A DNA stretch of 64,000 nt from Acidimicrobiales bacterium (lineage in GTDB: Bacteria; Actinomycetota; Acidimicrobiia; Acidimicrobiales; Bog-793): positions 8,507-72,506 of the forward strand of contig JBKQLZ010000006.1 of assembly GCA_052146895.1 (NCBI GenBank), read 5' to 3'. The notes beneath the pieces were generated by a model that saw only the letters and a program-made list of their open reading frames with translations, was not told where the DNA came from and searched no databases. Of this stretch, positions 27,708 through 36,218 are shown in pieces. The position numbers were made by a program, and so were the translations under genes. Numbering within the stretch: position 1 is the first letter of the stretch; every line of letters begins with the position of its first letter.

Positions 27708-29169
27708 CGGCTTCCGATACCAACGCTGGCGCTTCGTCGGTGCCGAACCTCTGCGCGGTCCTCACCGCCGTGCCACGCGCCAAACGCGACGTCGTGATGA
27801 TGCCGAGGAGCAACACGAAGACGCCGCACGACGTGATCAACCACCATCCTGCGTGGGTCGCCTGCGGGAACCCACCAGAGACCGTGCCGTCGACGAGCCC
27901 GCTGGCAGCGAGCGCGCCCACGAGGGCGACCCCGAGCGACCCTCCGACCTGCCGGCTCGTCGACGCGACGGCGCTCGCGACGCCAGCCTGGCTCGCAGGC
28001 ATCCCGGATACTGCTGTGTTCGTGATGGGGGCGTTCACGACACCGAAGCCGATGCCAAAGATCACGTACGCTACGAAAAGGCGCGAGAAGGACGTCACCG
28101 GTGTGAGACCCGTTAGGAGGAAACTGCCGGCGGCGATGCCAATGCCTCCGACGCAGAGAGACGGCCTCGGGCCCGCCCGGCCGACGATGCGGCCCGAGAT
28201 CGGCGACATGAGGATCGTCATACCGGCCATCGGGAGCGTGTCGAGACCGGCGTGCAGGGCCGACAGGTGCCGCACCTCCTGTAGGTACAACGTGTTGAGG
28301 AACAAGAAGCCACTGAATCCGACGAATGAGGCGACAGCGATGAGAGTTGCGCCGGAGAACGGAGCGCTCTTGAAGAAGCGCACCTCGATCAACGGCTCCC
28401 GCCTCCTTCCCTCGTACGCGATGAGAGCCACGAGGCTCGCCGCAGAGACGGCGAACAGCGTCGCGATGAGTGGCGATCCCCAGCCGCGCCGAGGTCCCTC
28501 AATGATCCCGTACGTGAGCGTTGCGAGCAGCACGATCACGATGAGCTGGCCGACGGGATCGAGCCCGCGGGCTTTCGGCGCCCTCGACTCGCGCACGAAT
28601 GCAGCGGTCAGAATCACGGCGGCAACACCGACCGGGATGTTGACCCAGAAGATCGAGCGCCACCCGATCCCTTGCACGAGCACGCCGCCGAGGACGGGGC
28701 CGAGCGCCATGCTGACTCCGACGACAGCTCCCCATACACCGATCGCCTGCGCCCGCTCGCGAGGATCGTCGAAGGTGTTCCGGATGATCGACATGGCGAC
28801 AGGATTGAGCATGGACCCCCCGACGGCCTGCACCATCCGGAAGATCACGAGCCAGGTCAGGGTGGGTGCGAGACTGCACGCGAGGGATCCGAGAGTGAAC
28901 ACCACGAGACCGATCTGGAAGACCTTGCGACGACCGATCCGATCTGCCGTCGAACCGGCGAGCATGAGCAGGCTCGCAAGTACGAGCGTGTACGCATCTA
29001 CGGTCCACTGCAGTCCGGATACCTGCGCGTGAAGCTGCTTTCCAATCGACGGGAGCGCGACGTTGACGATCGTGTTGTCGAGCCCGACGATGAACAGGCT
29101 GAGGCAGCAGATCAGGAGAACGCCGAGACGGCGCGCCCGCGACAGTTCTCCCACCGCGTCGCGGGTCAC
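27694..29169 (-). CDS. MFS transporter, DHA2 family
   Basis: LDNTIVNVALPSIG, ADRIGRRK, about 14 TM segments. Confidence 0.85.
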   Translation of the reverse strand: MTRDAVGELSRARRLGVLLICCLSLFIVGLDNTIVNVALPSIGKQLHAQVSGLQWTVDAYTLVLASLLMLAGSTADRIGRRKVFQIGLVVFTLGSLACSLAPTLTWLVIFRMVQAVGGSMLNPVAMSIIRNTFDDPRERAQAIGVWGAVVGVSMALGPVLGGVLVQGIGWRSIFWVNIPVGVAAVILTAAFVRESRAPKARGLDPVGQLIVIVLLATLTYGIIEGPRRGWGSPLIATLFAVSAASLVALIAYEGRRREPLIEVRFFKSAPFSGATLIAVASFVGFSGFLFLNTLYLQEVRHLSALHAGLDTLPMAGMTILMSPISGRIVGRAGPRPSLCVGGIGIAAGSFLLTGLTPVTSFSRLFVAYVIFGIGFGVVNAPITNTAVSGMPASQAGVASAVASTSRQVGGSLGVALVGALAASGLVDGTVSGGFPQATHAGWWLITSCGVFVLLLGIITTSRLARGTAVRTAQRFGTDEAPALVSEAATTA

Positions 29170-29187
29170 CTAGCTGTTCTCGGCATA

Positions 29188-31044
29188 TTGGGCGTTCTGT
29201 CGGTCTGGATGTTCGCGCGTGTCTGGGTGACGGGAAGCCCTACGAGCACCCTCTTGTGCCAGTGCGGGGACCCGGGGCAGGCGGTCTGGTTCATGGCGTG
29301 GGTGCCGTACGCGATCACTCACGCTCACAATCCTCTCTTCACCAACCGGATGATCTCAGGACAAGGCGGTGCGAACCTGCTCGAGAGCACCTCGTACCTC
29401 CTGCCGTCATTTCTACTGTCGCCGATCACGTGGCTGTTCGGCGCGACCGCATCGTTCAACGTCGCCGAGACGATCGCACCGATCCTCTCGGGCTGGGCGA
29501 TGTACCTCGCCACAGTGCGCCTCACGACGCGGTGGCTGCCGAGAGCCGCAGCGGCGGTCTTCTGGGCTTTCTCGCCGCACATCGTCGGGTCCGAGGTGTA
29601 CGGGCATCTCAACTTCACGTGGATGTACTTCCCTCCGCTGTTCTTTCTCTGCGTTTACGAGCTCGCCGCGGGCAAGCGGCTCAAACCGGTGACGATCGGC
29701 CCGTTGCTCGGGGTGCTTGTCGTCGCGCAGTTCTTCACAGGCACCGAGCCTCTGTTGATCACGACGATTGTGGCAACGGTCGGACTTGCGTGCGCCTTGG
29801 CGATGGCACCGAAGGCAGCATGGGCCGAGCGCAAGCGGATCCTCACCGGTCTTGGCGTTGCCGTCGGTCTCGCCTTCGTGGTGCTCGCCTACCCGCTCTG
29901 GTACCTCACGAAAGGCCCTCGCCATGTGATCGGATCGCCCTGGCCGGCGATCAACAACCTCGGCAACCAGCTCTCGGCGATCGTCAAACCTGGGAACGGC
30001 GTTCACTCGGCGTCGGTCTTCACCGAGATCGGCGGCTACTACGGGCCCGCGGGGCCCTCCGGTGCTTACCTCGGCATCTGGCTCCTCGCCTTCCTCGCTG
30101 CGTCGCTACCGGTGTTCGTGATCCTCCGGCGGCGCATCGCCTTGCCGCTTCTCGTGAGCGGGGGGGTGAGCTGGTTGTGCTCGCTCGGTGCGTTTCTCAC
30201 CCCGATCTCGGCGAATTCCGTGCACTGGTGGCTGCCCTGGCGCTACATCAACTCCTGGCCACTAATCGACAAGATCGGACCGCAACGCTTCGCGTTCATG
30301 ACCGCCGCCTGCGCCATCTTGCTGTTCGCCCTAGCCCTCGACAGCTGGGTCACGGTGCTGACACCACCGGTCAGCCGGCTACGTCTTCATCCCCGCGCGC
30401 TCACGGCCGGTTCGAGCGTCATCATGTTGGCGATCGTCGCGGTCGTAGGGCTCCCGGTCGCCGAGAACTACACGTTCCCGCTCACGATGCTCTCGGAGCA
30501 GGTGCCGGCGTGGTTCCGCACCACCGCTCGGACACTTCCACCGCAGACCTCGATCCTCACCTATCCCTACGCTTCGTCCGCTGCGCCGGACGCGATGTAC
30601 TGGCAGGCGTATGACGGGTTAAGTTTTGCCCTCGTCGGCGGGCGGGCGCTCATCCCCGGCGCCGACGGGAAGCACTCCCAGCACGTCGACCCGTTGCGCG
30701 GGAGCTACGCGCTTTTGACAAACGACTCGTGGGGGATCAACGCGCCGCCGATGCCAACAAGGTCGGAGGTACAGGCGCTGAGGTCATCGCTGCACTCGTG
30801 GCAGGTCGACGTCGTCGTGGACGTCCCGGAAGGACGCGCACCCGCGTGGGCCCTGCTCCTGTTCTCCGAGGCGACCGGCAGGTTGCCGCAGTTCCAGCAC
30901 GGTGCCGCGGTCTGGACAGTTGCGCGGGAGGCGGCCGCCCCGGTGTGGCTCTCGGCCGGAGTGGCAAGGCACTGCATCATTCAGCTGCAGTCTCTTGCCG
31001 GTCTAGAGAACGCGGACGCTTGCCTGGCCGGTGACTTCGGCTAA
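29188..31044 (+). CDS. Large polytopic membrane protein with C-terminal extracytoplasmic domain (possible GT-C-fold glycosyltransferase; uncharacterised)
   Basis: About 12 hydrophobic segments. First loop CQCGDPGQAVWFMAWVPYAITHAHNPLFTNR. The ORF part upstream of 29188 overlaps the divergent MFS gene and is rejected. Start is TTG 29188 or ATG 29209. Confidence 0.65.
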   Translation: MGVLSVWMFARVWVTGSPTSTLLCQCGDPGQAVWFMAWVPYAITHAHNPLFTNRMISGQGGANLLESTSYLLPSFLLSPITWLFGATASFNVAETIAPILSGWAMYLATVRLTTRWLPRAAAAVFWAFSPHIVGSEVYGHLNFTWMYFPPLFFLCVYELAAGKRLKPVTIGPLLGVLVVAQFFTGTEPLLITTIVATVGLACALAMAPKAAWAERKRILTGLGVAVGLAFVVLAYPLWYLTKGPRHVIGSPWPAINNLGNQLSAIVKPGNGVHSASVFTEIGGYYGPAGPSGAYLGIWLLAFLAASLPVFVILRRRIALPLLVSGGVSWLCSLGAFLTPISANSVHWWLPWRYINSWPLIDKIGPQRFAFMTAACAILLFALALDSWVTVLTPPVSRLRLHPRALTAGSSVIMLAIVAVVGLPVAENYTFPLTMLSEQVPAWFRTTARTLPPQTSILTYPYASSAAPDAMYWQAYDGLSFALVGGRALIPGADGKHSQHVDPLRGSYALLTNDSWGINAPPMPTRSEVQALRSSLHSWQVDVVVDVPEGRAPAWALLLFSEATGRLPQFQHGAAVWTVAREAAAPVWLSAGVARHCIIQLQSLAGLENADACLAGDFG

Positions 31045-31671
31045 CTCCTGAGCAGGACGTCGTCGATAGGCGGGCGTCGCAAGGGCCACTTCGCACGCGT
31101 GATCCGCCACCTGCAGTCGATGCCCTCGTCACCCGGGGCTCTCGCGTCGGGATCGGCCGGTCGTTCCTCGATCAGCTCGAAGCCCAACCGGCGAGGAACC
31201 CCACCACTTCGGTGATTTGCCCGGTCGTGCCAGATCTCGACTGCATCGGTGCGCTCGTTCTGAAACGCGAACTCGGTCAGCAGATAGGACGCGAGCGTGG
31301 CGACGCCACGGCCGGTGAACGACCGGTGCACCCAGTAGCCGATCTCGAGCAGGCCCGGCTCGCGGCGCTGGTGGAGCCCCGCGCTCCCGGCCACAGCCCC
31401 GTCCACGAATACCCCAACGGTCCAGTCGGTGCCCTGCTTGGCTTCGCGGGCCCATCGCTCGATACGTATCACGCGGTCGTCGAAAGAGACCGGTTCGAGC
31501 GCGACCCACGGCATGAAGGGCCGGAGGTGATCGAGACTCTCCAAGATCGCGCGCTCGAAATCATCGACATCGTCGGTGTCCCATGACCGGAGAACGAGTG
31601 ACCCTGCACGGAGCTCTCCGGGGACAGCGAGCCGGATTGGCTTCAAGCCGTCGGTATTGCTCGGGTGACCC
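31041..31671 (-). CDS. GNAT-family N-acetyltransferase (RimJ/RimL-like)
   Basis: LVLRSWDTDDVDDF, IGYWVHRSFTGRGVATLA. Start uncertain (TTG 31671 or 31644). Confidence 0.75.
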
Positions 31672-31687
31672 AACCGATCCTCCCCGG

Positions 31688-32170
31688 TCAAGCGATTATC
31701 AGGAACAGAGCGGCCGGGATGCCGATGAGAAGAAACGCCATCTCGGCTCTCAGCGTGGCCTCCCACGTGCTCTTGTGCTCCATCTTCGAGTGCCAGGCCG
31801 CTATTGCTGAGACAGCCGGCCCTGCTACTCCGAGCAGTGCAAACATTCCCAGCCAGACAGGTCCGGTCGCATGATGAGTCTTCGCGTGAATGTCGTCGAG
31901 GGAGTCGGCGACCGAAGCGAGCACCTCGACGTAGAGACCGACAAGGATCACCGGAAGCAGCGCTATGGCTCCGAACGCTCCAGCCCTAGTCGGGCCTCGT
32001 TGCGCCTGCCCGGAGGCGACTGGCGCGGAGGACGGGGCACGTGAGGCAGCCACGGGTACATTCTCGCGTGAAGCGAGCAGCGCACGATCTCGGCCGCGTC
32101 CGCAGCACCAGCCGGGTCCGCACGATGCAAGTGACCGTCCACCGTCCCGCCCACCTGTCTGCCGACCCAC
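31688..32170 (-). CDS. Hypothetical small membrane protein (start probably internal to this ORF)
   Basis: The C-terminal about 100 aa contain three hydrophobic segments. The N-terminal about 60 aa are Arg/Gly filler. Confidence 0.3.
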   Translation of the reverse strand: MGRQTGGRDGGRSLASCGPGWCCGRGRDRALLASRENVPVAASRAPSSAPVASGQAQRGPTRAGAFGAIALLPVILVGLYVEVLASVADSLDDIHAKTHHATGPVWLGMFALLGVAGPAVSAIAAWHSKMEHKSTWEATLRAEMAFLLIGIPAALFLIIA

Positions 32171-32222
32171 CCTTCAGCCAGTAGGCTCTGCGAGCCGGGT
32201 GCCGGAAGGTGCTCGACGACTG

Positions 32223-32297
32223 GGACCTGTGGTGCAGCCTGGAGTGCACGCCGGCCTGTCAAGCCGGAGGTCGCGGGTTCAAATCCCGTCAGGTCCG
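32223..32297 (+). tRNA. tRNA-Asp (anticodon GTC)
   Basis: Acceptor GGACCTG/CAGGTCC, D-stem GTGC/GCAC, anticodon stem CCGGC/GCCGG with loop CTGTCAA, T-arm GCGGG-TTCAAAT-CCCGT. Confidence 0.9.
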
Positions 32298-32368
32298 CCC
32301 ATTCGTCGTCAGGTGCCCAGCTGACGAGCGCCTTTCTCATGACGCGGTACGCTCTCGGGCGACCACTA

Positions 32369-32441
32369 GGTCGGGTAGCTCAGTTGGTAGAGCGCGCGCC
32401 TGAAAAGCGCGAGGTCACCGGATCGATGCCGGTCCCGACCA
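32369..32441 (+). tRNA. tRNA-Phe (anticodon GAA); integration target of the adjacent islet
   Basis: Acceptor GGTCGGG/CCCGACC, D-arm GCTC-AGTTGGTA-GAGC, anticodon loop CTGAAAA, T-arm ACCGG-ATCGATG-CCGGT (unusual A at position 54). Confidence 0.85.
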
Positions 32442-32442
32442 C
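32397..32442. repeat. attL: 46-bp direct repeat (3' half of tRNA-Phe)
   Basis: cgcctgaaaagcgcgaggtcaccggatcgatgccggtcccgaccac is identical to 37703-37748. Confidence 0.9.
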
Positions 32443-32467
32443 ACAGGAAATAGCCATCTACCAGGTA

Positions 32468-32540
32468 TTTCGCGTCTAATTTTGTCGTTCGTCCAAGTGC
32501 TCGAAACAGGGCAGGACGCGCAAAAGACGCGAAAGACGCG
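32468..32540. promoter_or_regulatory. Cluster of AGACGCG(A/C)AA-type repeats inside the attL arm (putative integrase arm-type sites)
   Basis: Inverted copy atttcgcgtct (32468-32478). Direct copies ggacgcgcaaaagacgcgaaagacgcg (32514-32540). The same motif recurs at 37548-37585. Confidence 0.45.
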
Positions 32541-32676
32541 GCGTGACCCGCCTCAGCGAGGTTTCGGGGCAAACTGGTGGCAGCTGGCACCCTCGTGTGA
32601 GCCTCGGTCCAACGGACCCTCTCGTTCAGATCACTCCCCCGGCGTTTCGCGCCGTGGTTCATGGGAGGAGAGGCCG

Positions 32677-33831
32677 ATGGCCGAGCCAAAGCGACTTCCG
32701 AGCGGACGCTGGAAGGTCCGCTACCGGGACCCATTGGGGCGCCCGCGAAGCAAAGTGTGCAACACGAAGGGCGAGGCGCGCGCCTACGTCGAGGAGATCG
32801 GTCACGCCGCGCGTCATCGCGAATGGATTGCTCCCGAGCTCGGACGGATGCTCCTTGCCGACTGGGTCGCGAAGTACATGTCCACCGTCGTCCATCTCCG
32901 TCCGACGACGGTCTGCCTCTACGAGCGGGAGTTCGAGCACATCCTTCGACGCTTCGGTCAGACGCCACTGATCCAGCTCGAGCCGCTCGCAATCCAGGCG
33001 TGGCTCGCCGAGCTTCTCGCGGGCGACATGGCCGCTTCTTCGGTCCATCGAAAGTACCGACTGCTGCGCCGGACCCTCCAAGTAGCAGTGGAGAAGGGAG
33101 TCATTGCCAAGAACGCTTGCAACAGCGTCCAGCCGCCGCACGTGGAGCTGAACGAGATGCATTTCCTCCTTCCCGAGCAGGCCGTCGCACTCGCCGAGGC
33201 CATCGGCCCCTGGTACCGGACGTTCGTCTACACCGCGCTGGAGACGGGCATGCGCTGGAGCGAATTGGTCGGCCTTCGACGCTCCGGGGTCAACCTGTTG
33301 CATCGCAGCATCGCTGTCACCGAACAGCTCGTGTTCATCGCCGGCGACCCGACGACCGGACGAGAGAAGCGATGGGTTCGACAGCGACCGAAGACGCGGG
33401 CCGGTGTGCGATCGATCACCATCTCGCGCTTCCTCACCGAACGCCTGCAGGAGCAGCTCGCGGAGCGCTCCCAGCCGGGACAGGATGGACTGGTCTTCAC
33501 CAACCAGCGCGGTAACGCGATCGGTGGTTCGATCTTCAACAAGCGGCACTGGCAGGCCGCCCGAGCGGCCGTCGGAGTCCCTGACCTCCGCTTTCACGAC
33601 CTTCGCCACACGGCGGTCGCGCTGGCGATCGCCCAGGGCGCTCACCCGAAGGCGATCCAGCGGCGCATGGGTCACTCGACCATCAACATGACCCTTGATC
33701 GGTACGGCCACCTGTTCCCCGAGTTGGACGAGCAGATCGCCAAAGATTTGGACGGCGTTCTTCGCATTGCCTACTCGGCTCAACCGGATCGAAGTGCCGT
33801 CTCGACCCTCTCCCGAGCAAACGCTGAGTGA
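32677..33831 (+). CDS. Tyrosine-type site-specific recombinase (phage integrase family)
   Basis: N-terminal SAM-like domain (RLPSGRWKVRYRDPLGR), catalytic region GMRWSEL, HDLRHTAVALAI, HSTINMTLDRYGHL. RBS gggaggag upstream of ATG 32677. Confidence 0.9.
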   Translation: MAEPKRLPSGRWKVRYRDPLGRPRSKVCNTKGEARAYVEEIGHAARHREWIAPELGRMLLADWVAKYMSTVVHLRPTTVCLYEREFEHILRRFGQTPLIQLEPLAIQAWLAELLAGDMAASSVHRKYRLLRRTLQVAVEKGVIAKNACNSVQPPHVELNEMHFLLPEQAVALAEAIGPWYRTFVYTALETGMRWSELVGLRRSGVNLLHRSIAVTEQLVFIAGDPTTGREKRWVRQRPKTRAGVRSITISRFLTERLQEQLAERSQPGQDGLVFTNQRGNAIGGSIFNKRHWQAARAAVGVPDLRFHDLRHTAVALAIAQGAHPKAIQRRMGHSTINMTLDRYGHLFPELDEQIAKDLDGVLRIAYSAQPDRSAVSTLSRANAE

Positions 33832-33986
33832 GGTGCCGCGCTCCACTGGGCCGCTGAGCTAGAAGCTCGTGGCTTCCGCTCCAGGCCGACCGCCGAGGAA
33901 GCGTCGACCTTCAACAATAACGATCGGGGTAGCAACCCCGGCGAGGCCATCGAGCGCTTCTCGAGTCGCCGTCGTACGCTCAGACA

Positions 33987-34673
33987 ATGGCTCAGTCGCA
34001 GGTAGAGACACATACGGCGGCTGTGGTTGCGAGCGTGCGAGCGAAACTCGGTCGTCGAGCTACTTGGCCCAAGTTTCCGGGCGGCTACCCCGGCGACATC
34101 GAGAGCGCCCTCATTGATGCCGTCTTCTCCTCACGCTATGCATACGACACCACGTACGGCCGAGGTCTCGGACCGAAGATGGCCCTTTGGCGCCAAGGCC
34201 GCGTACGCGGAACGAACGATCCGTCTCTTGGGGCACTCATCAGAGATATCGCAGCTAACGGACCCGCGTCCTGGGCTACCGCACATTTCACGATGCATAT
34301 TTCGGGACGGGGTAAATCCAAGCGACTCAAAGCCGAAGTCGTATTCGAGGCGGCGCACGCCCTTCGATGGCAGGGGTTCGATGTCGCCGCGGATGTAACT
34401 CCTGCAAGGCTTTATGAATTCTTTGACATCTTGCAAGCAGTCGCCGGCATCGGCCTTCCGACGGCTCGATACATGTCAATGCTTCTTGGTTTCAAAGAAG
34501 TCAAGCCCGACCGGATGATCCACCGTTTTATCCACAGCTCTACCGGAGAATGGGTTGGTCACGCCAAAGCGATCGTAATAGCACGAATCACGACCCGATC
34601 CTCAGGGGAGGGCCGCTCGCGTGACGAAAGAAAGATCAGCGCGAATGCTGCGCTTAGGCGGCTCACCGGATGA
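33987..34673 (+). CDS. Hypothetical protein with helix-hairpin-helix (EndoIII/AlkA-like) motif
   Basis: VAGIGLPTARYMSMLLGFKEVKPDRMIHRFI parallels LPGVGRKTA...P.DTH..R of HhH-GPD glycosylases, with no Lys at the EndoIII position. Lower-GC gene inside the islet. Confidence 0.55.
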   Translation: MAQSQVETHTAAVVASVRAKLGRRATWPKFPGGYPGDIESALIDAVFSSRYAYDTTYGRGLGPKMALWRQGRVRGTNDPSLGALIRDIAANGPASWATAHFTMHISGRGKSKRLKAEVVFEAAHALRWQGFDVAADVTPARLYEFFDILQAVAGIGLPTARYMSMLLGFKEVKPDRMIHRFIHSSTGEWVGHAKAIVIARITTRSSGEGRSRDERKISANAALRRLTG

Positions 34674-34797
34674 CGCACGGCTCGCCAACAAGGAGTTCCA
34701 CGGAACCTCGTGGGCTCATCACAAGCATACGGTCGACAACCCGACATGAGGCGTCATTGCCGAGGGACGCGTCCCCGGCGCCGAGTAGAAATCAGCT

Positions 34798-35334
34798 GTG
34801 GAAGAACCTCTCCTGTATATCTTCGACGCCCTCAAGGTTCCCTATGGGCTGCTCTCATCGGAAGAATCGCGGATGCGGTCGGCGGCGTCTCAGCTACTGC
34901 GTCGAACTCCAGTAGCTGTGAACCTCCTGCGGATCGAGGAGGACCCAAAGAGTCAGATGACTGGCAAGCTGTGGGAAACGCTCGAGCCGATGTTGGACAT
35001 CGCCGAATGCGTAATCACCTCCGTCGCCGAGGCCCTGGGTGAAGGCGCGCTCGATCCACTCATCGGCGGTTACCCGAATCCGAATCGAGCTCGTCCCCTG
35101 GACTCATTGCCCGAGTTGCAGCAACGGATCATTGAAAGAGTCGGACCGGCGCCTGGTTGGGAAGAGGCTGTCGAAACTCTTGACGATCTCTTCAAAGAAG
35201 CCGAGCATGATCCGACTGTCCTGCCAGAGGGGCTGAAAGCTGGGCCGTGGCCGACCATGATCATGTGGCAACTCATCGCCGAACTTTGCCGTTTGGCTGA
35301 TCGTCCTGGCTGGCCGATAGCTGATAACAAGTAG
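34798..35334 (+). CDS. Hypothetical acidic helical protein (islet cargo)
   Basis: 178-aa ORF on the same strand as the HhH gene. No recognisable motif. Coding-like composition but lower GC than the host. Confidence 0.45.
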   Translation: MEEPLLYIFDALKVPYGLLSSEESRMRSAASQLLRRTPVAVNLLRIEEDPKSQMTGKLWETLEPMLDIAECVITSVAEALGEGALDPLIGGYPNPNRARPLDSLPELQQRIIERVGPAPGWEEAVETLDDLFKEAEHDPTVLPEGLKAGPWPTMIMWQLIAELCRLADRPGWPIADNK

Positions 35335-35429
35335 TGCCGCGACCGGTTACCTGCGCCGTGTGAGCAATGTCCAAGCCTGGCCCGACTCACGTTGGGCGTC
35401 ACGGGGCTCGCTTCCATTCACCTATCTGC

Positions 35430-36158
35430 TCAATTACGCAGTTGGGTCCTTCCTGAGGACCCGCGGCGGTGTAGCTGGGCCTCGATCCAGTGGCGAACGT
35501 CATGTTCGACCTCGTCCGCCGTGCGAGCGGCATCTATGACTGTGGCCGTCGGTATCTCGCTCGCGGCTGCCACCAGGGTGCTGTTGAATTCGACACACCA
35601 GTCGATGCGTGCAGCGCCTCGCCGAGGGTCGCGGCCGGTGCGGCGTGCGAGCAGCACGTCAGGTGGGCAGGTCAAGCACAAGAAATGCACCGAGTCGAAG
35701 TAGCTGAGGAGGTCTGCGTTCGCGAGTATCTGTTCAGGCAGCATGACAGCGAAGTACACGACTACGACGTCGTTCTGGGCGAGTTCGTGAGCGAGCCGCA
35801 TCCAGGTCCGCCAAAAGGCAGGGTAGTCATCGTTCGATGCGCTGATGAGGTCTGCACCGAGGATGTCAGTGTCGAGAAGAATCGCGCCGCGGATTGTTCC
35901 TGCGAGCCGAGCACAGAGCGTGGACTTGCCGATACCGGGGGTGCCGATGACGATCAGCAGGGGCGGCCGGATGAAAGGGCGCTCGTCGTCGCAATGCGGG
36001 CACCGCAGCACGCCGCCAACCGGGGGAATTTGATCGGGCCAGACGCTGTCAGGCAAGGCGAGCCCGCGTCCGCAGGCCTCACATGTGAATGGCACACCTC
36101 CATCATGTCGCCAAGACGAGGTCAGAGGCTGGCTCGCCACCCACTTCAAGCAGCGCAA
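35430..36158 (-). CDS. Zinc-ribbon plus P-loop NTPase/kinase-like protein (islet cargo)
   Basis: CEACG-x22-CPHCD zinc ribbon followed by Walker A GTPGIGKST, LLDTD, and hydrophobic Walker-B-like VVVVYF. Size and layout resemble small-molecule/nucleotide kinases. Confidence 0.65.
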   Translation of the reverse strand: MRCLKWVASQPLTSSWRHDGGVPFTCEACGRGLALPDSVWPDQIPPVGGVLRCPHCDDERPFIRPPLLIVIGTPGIGKSTLCARLAGTIRGAILLDTDILGADLISASNDDYPAFWRTWMRLAHELAQNDVVVVYFAVMLPEQILANADLLSYFDSVHFLCLTCPPDVLLARRTGRDPRRGAARIDWCVEFNSTLVAAASEIPTATVIDAARTADEVEHDVRHWIEAQLHRRGSSGRTQLRN

Positions 36159-36218
36159 ACATTGTCTGGCGCAGTACTAGCCGCCTTCGAGTTCCGACGC
36201 GGGCGTGCGAGGTAAGCG

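Noticed and set aside
29256-30614. 452-aa ORF on the plus strand
   Set aside because: It is an alternate frame of the polytopic membrane protein (29188-31044). It is Arg-rich with no hydrophobic structure, whereas the chosen frame gives clean TM helices.
32196-32216. Possible distal copy of the tRNA-Glu 16-bp repeat just upstream of tRNA-Asp
   Set aside because: Only about 9 of 16 positions match (ggtgctc-ac), which is indistinguishable from chance in a GC-rich genome. It is mentioned only as context for the split tRNA cluster.
32659-33846. 395-aa ORF on the minus strand
   Set aside because: It is antisense to the tyrosine integrase, which has RBS, R-H-R-Y motifs and correct placement next to attL.
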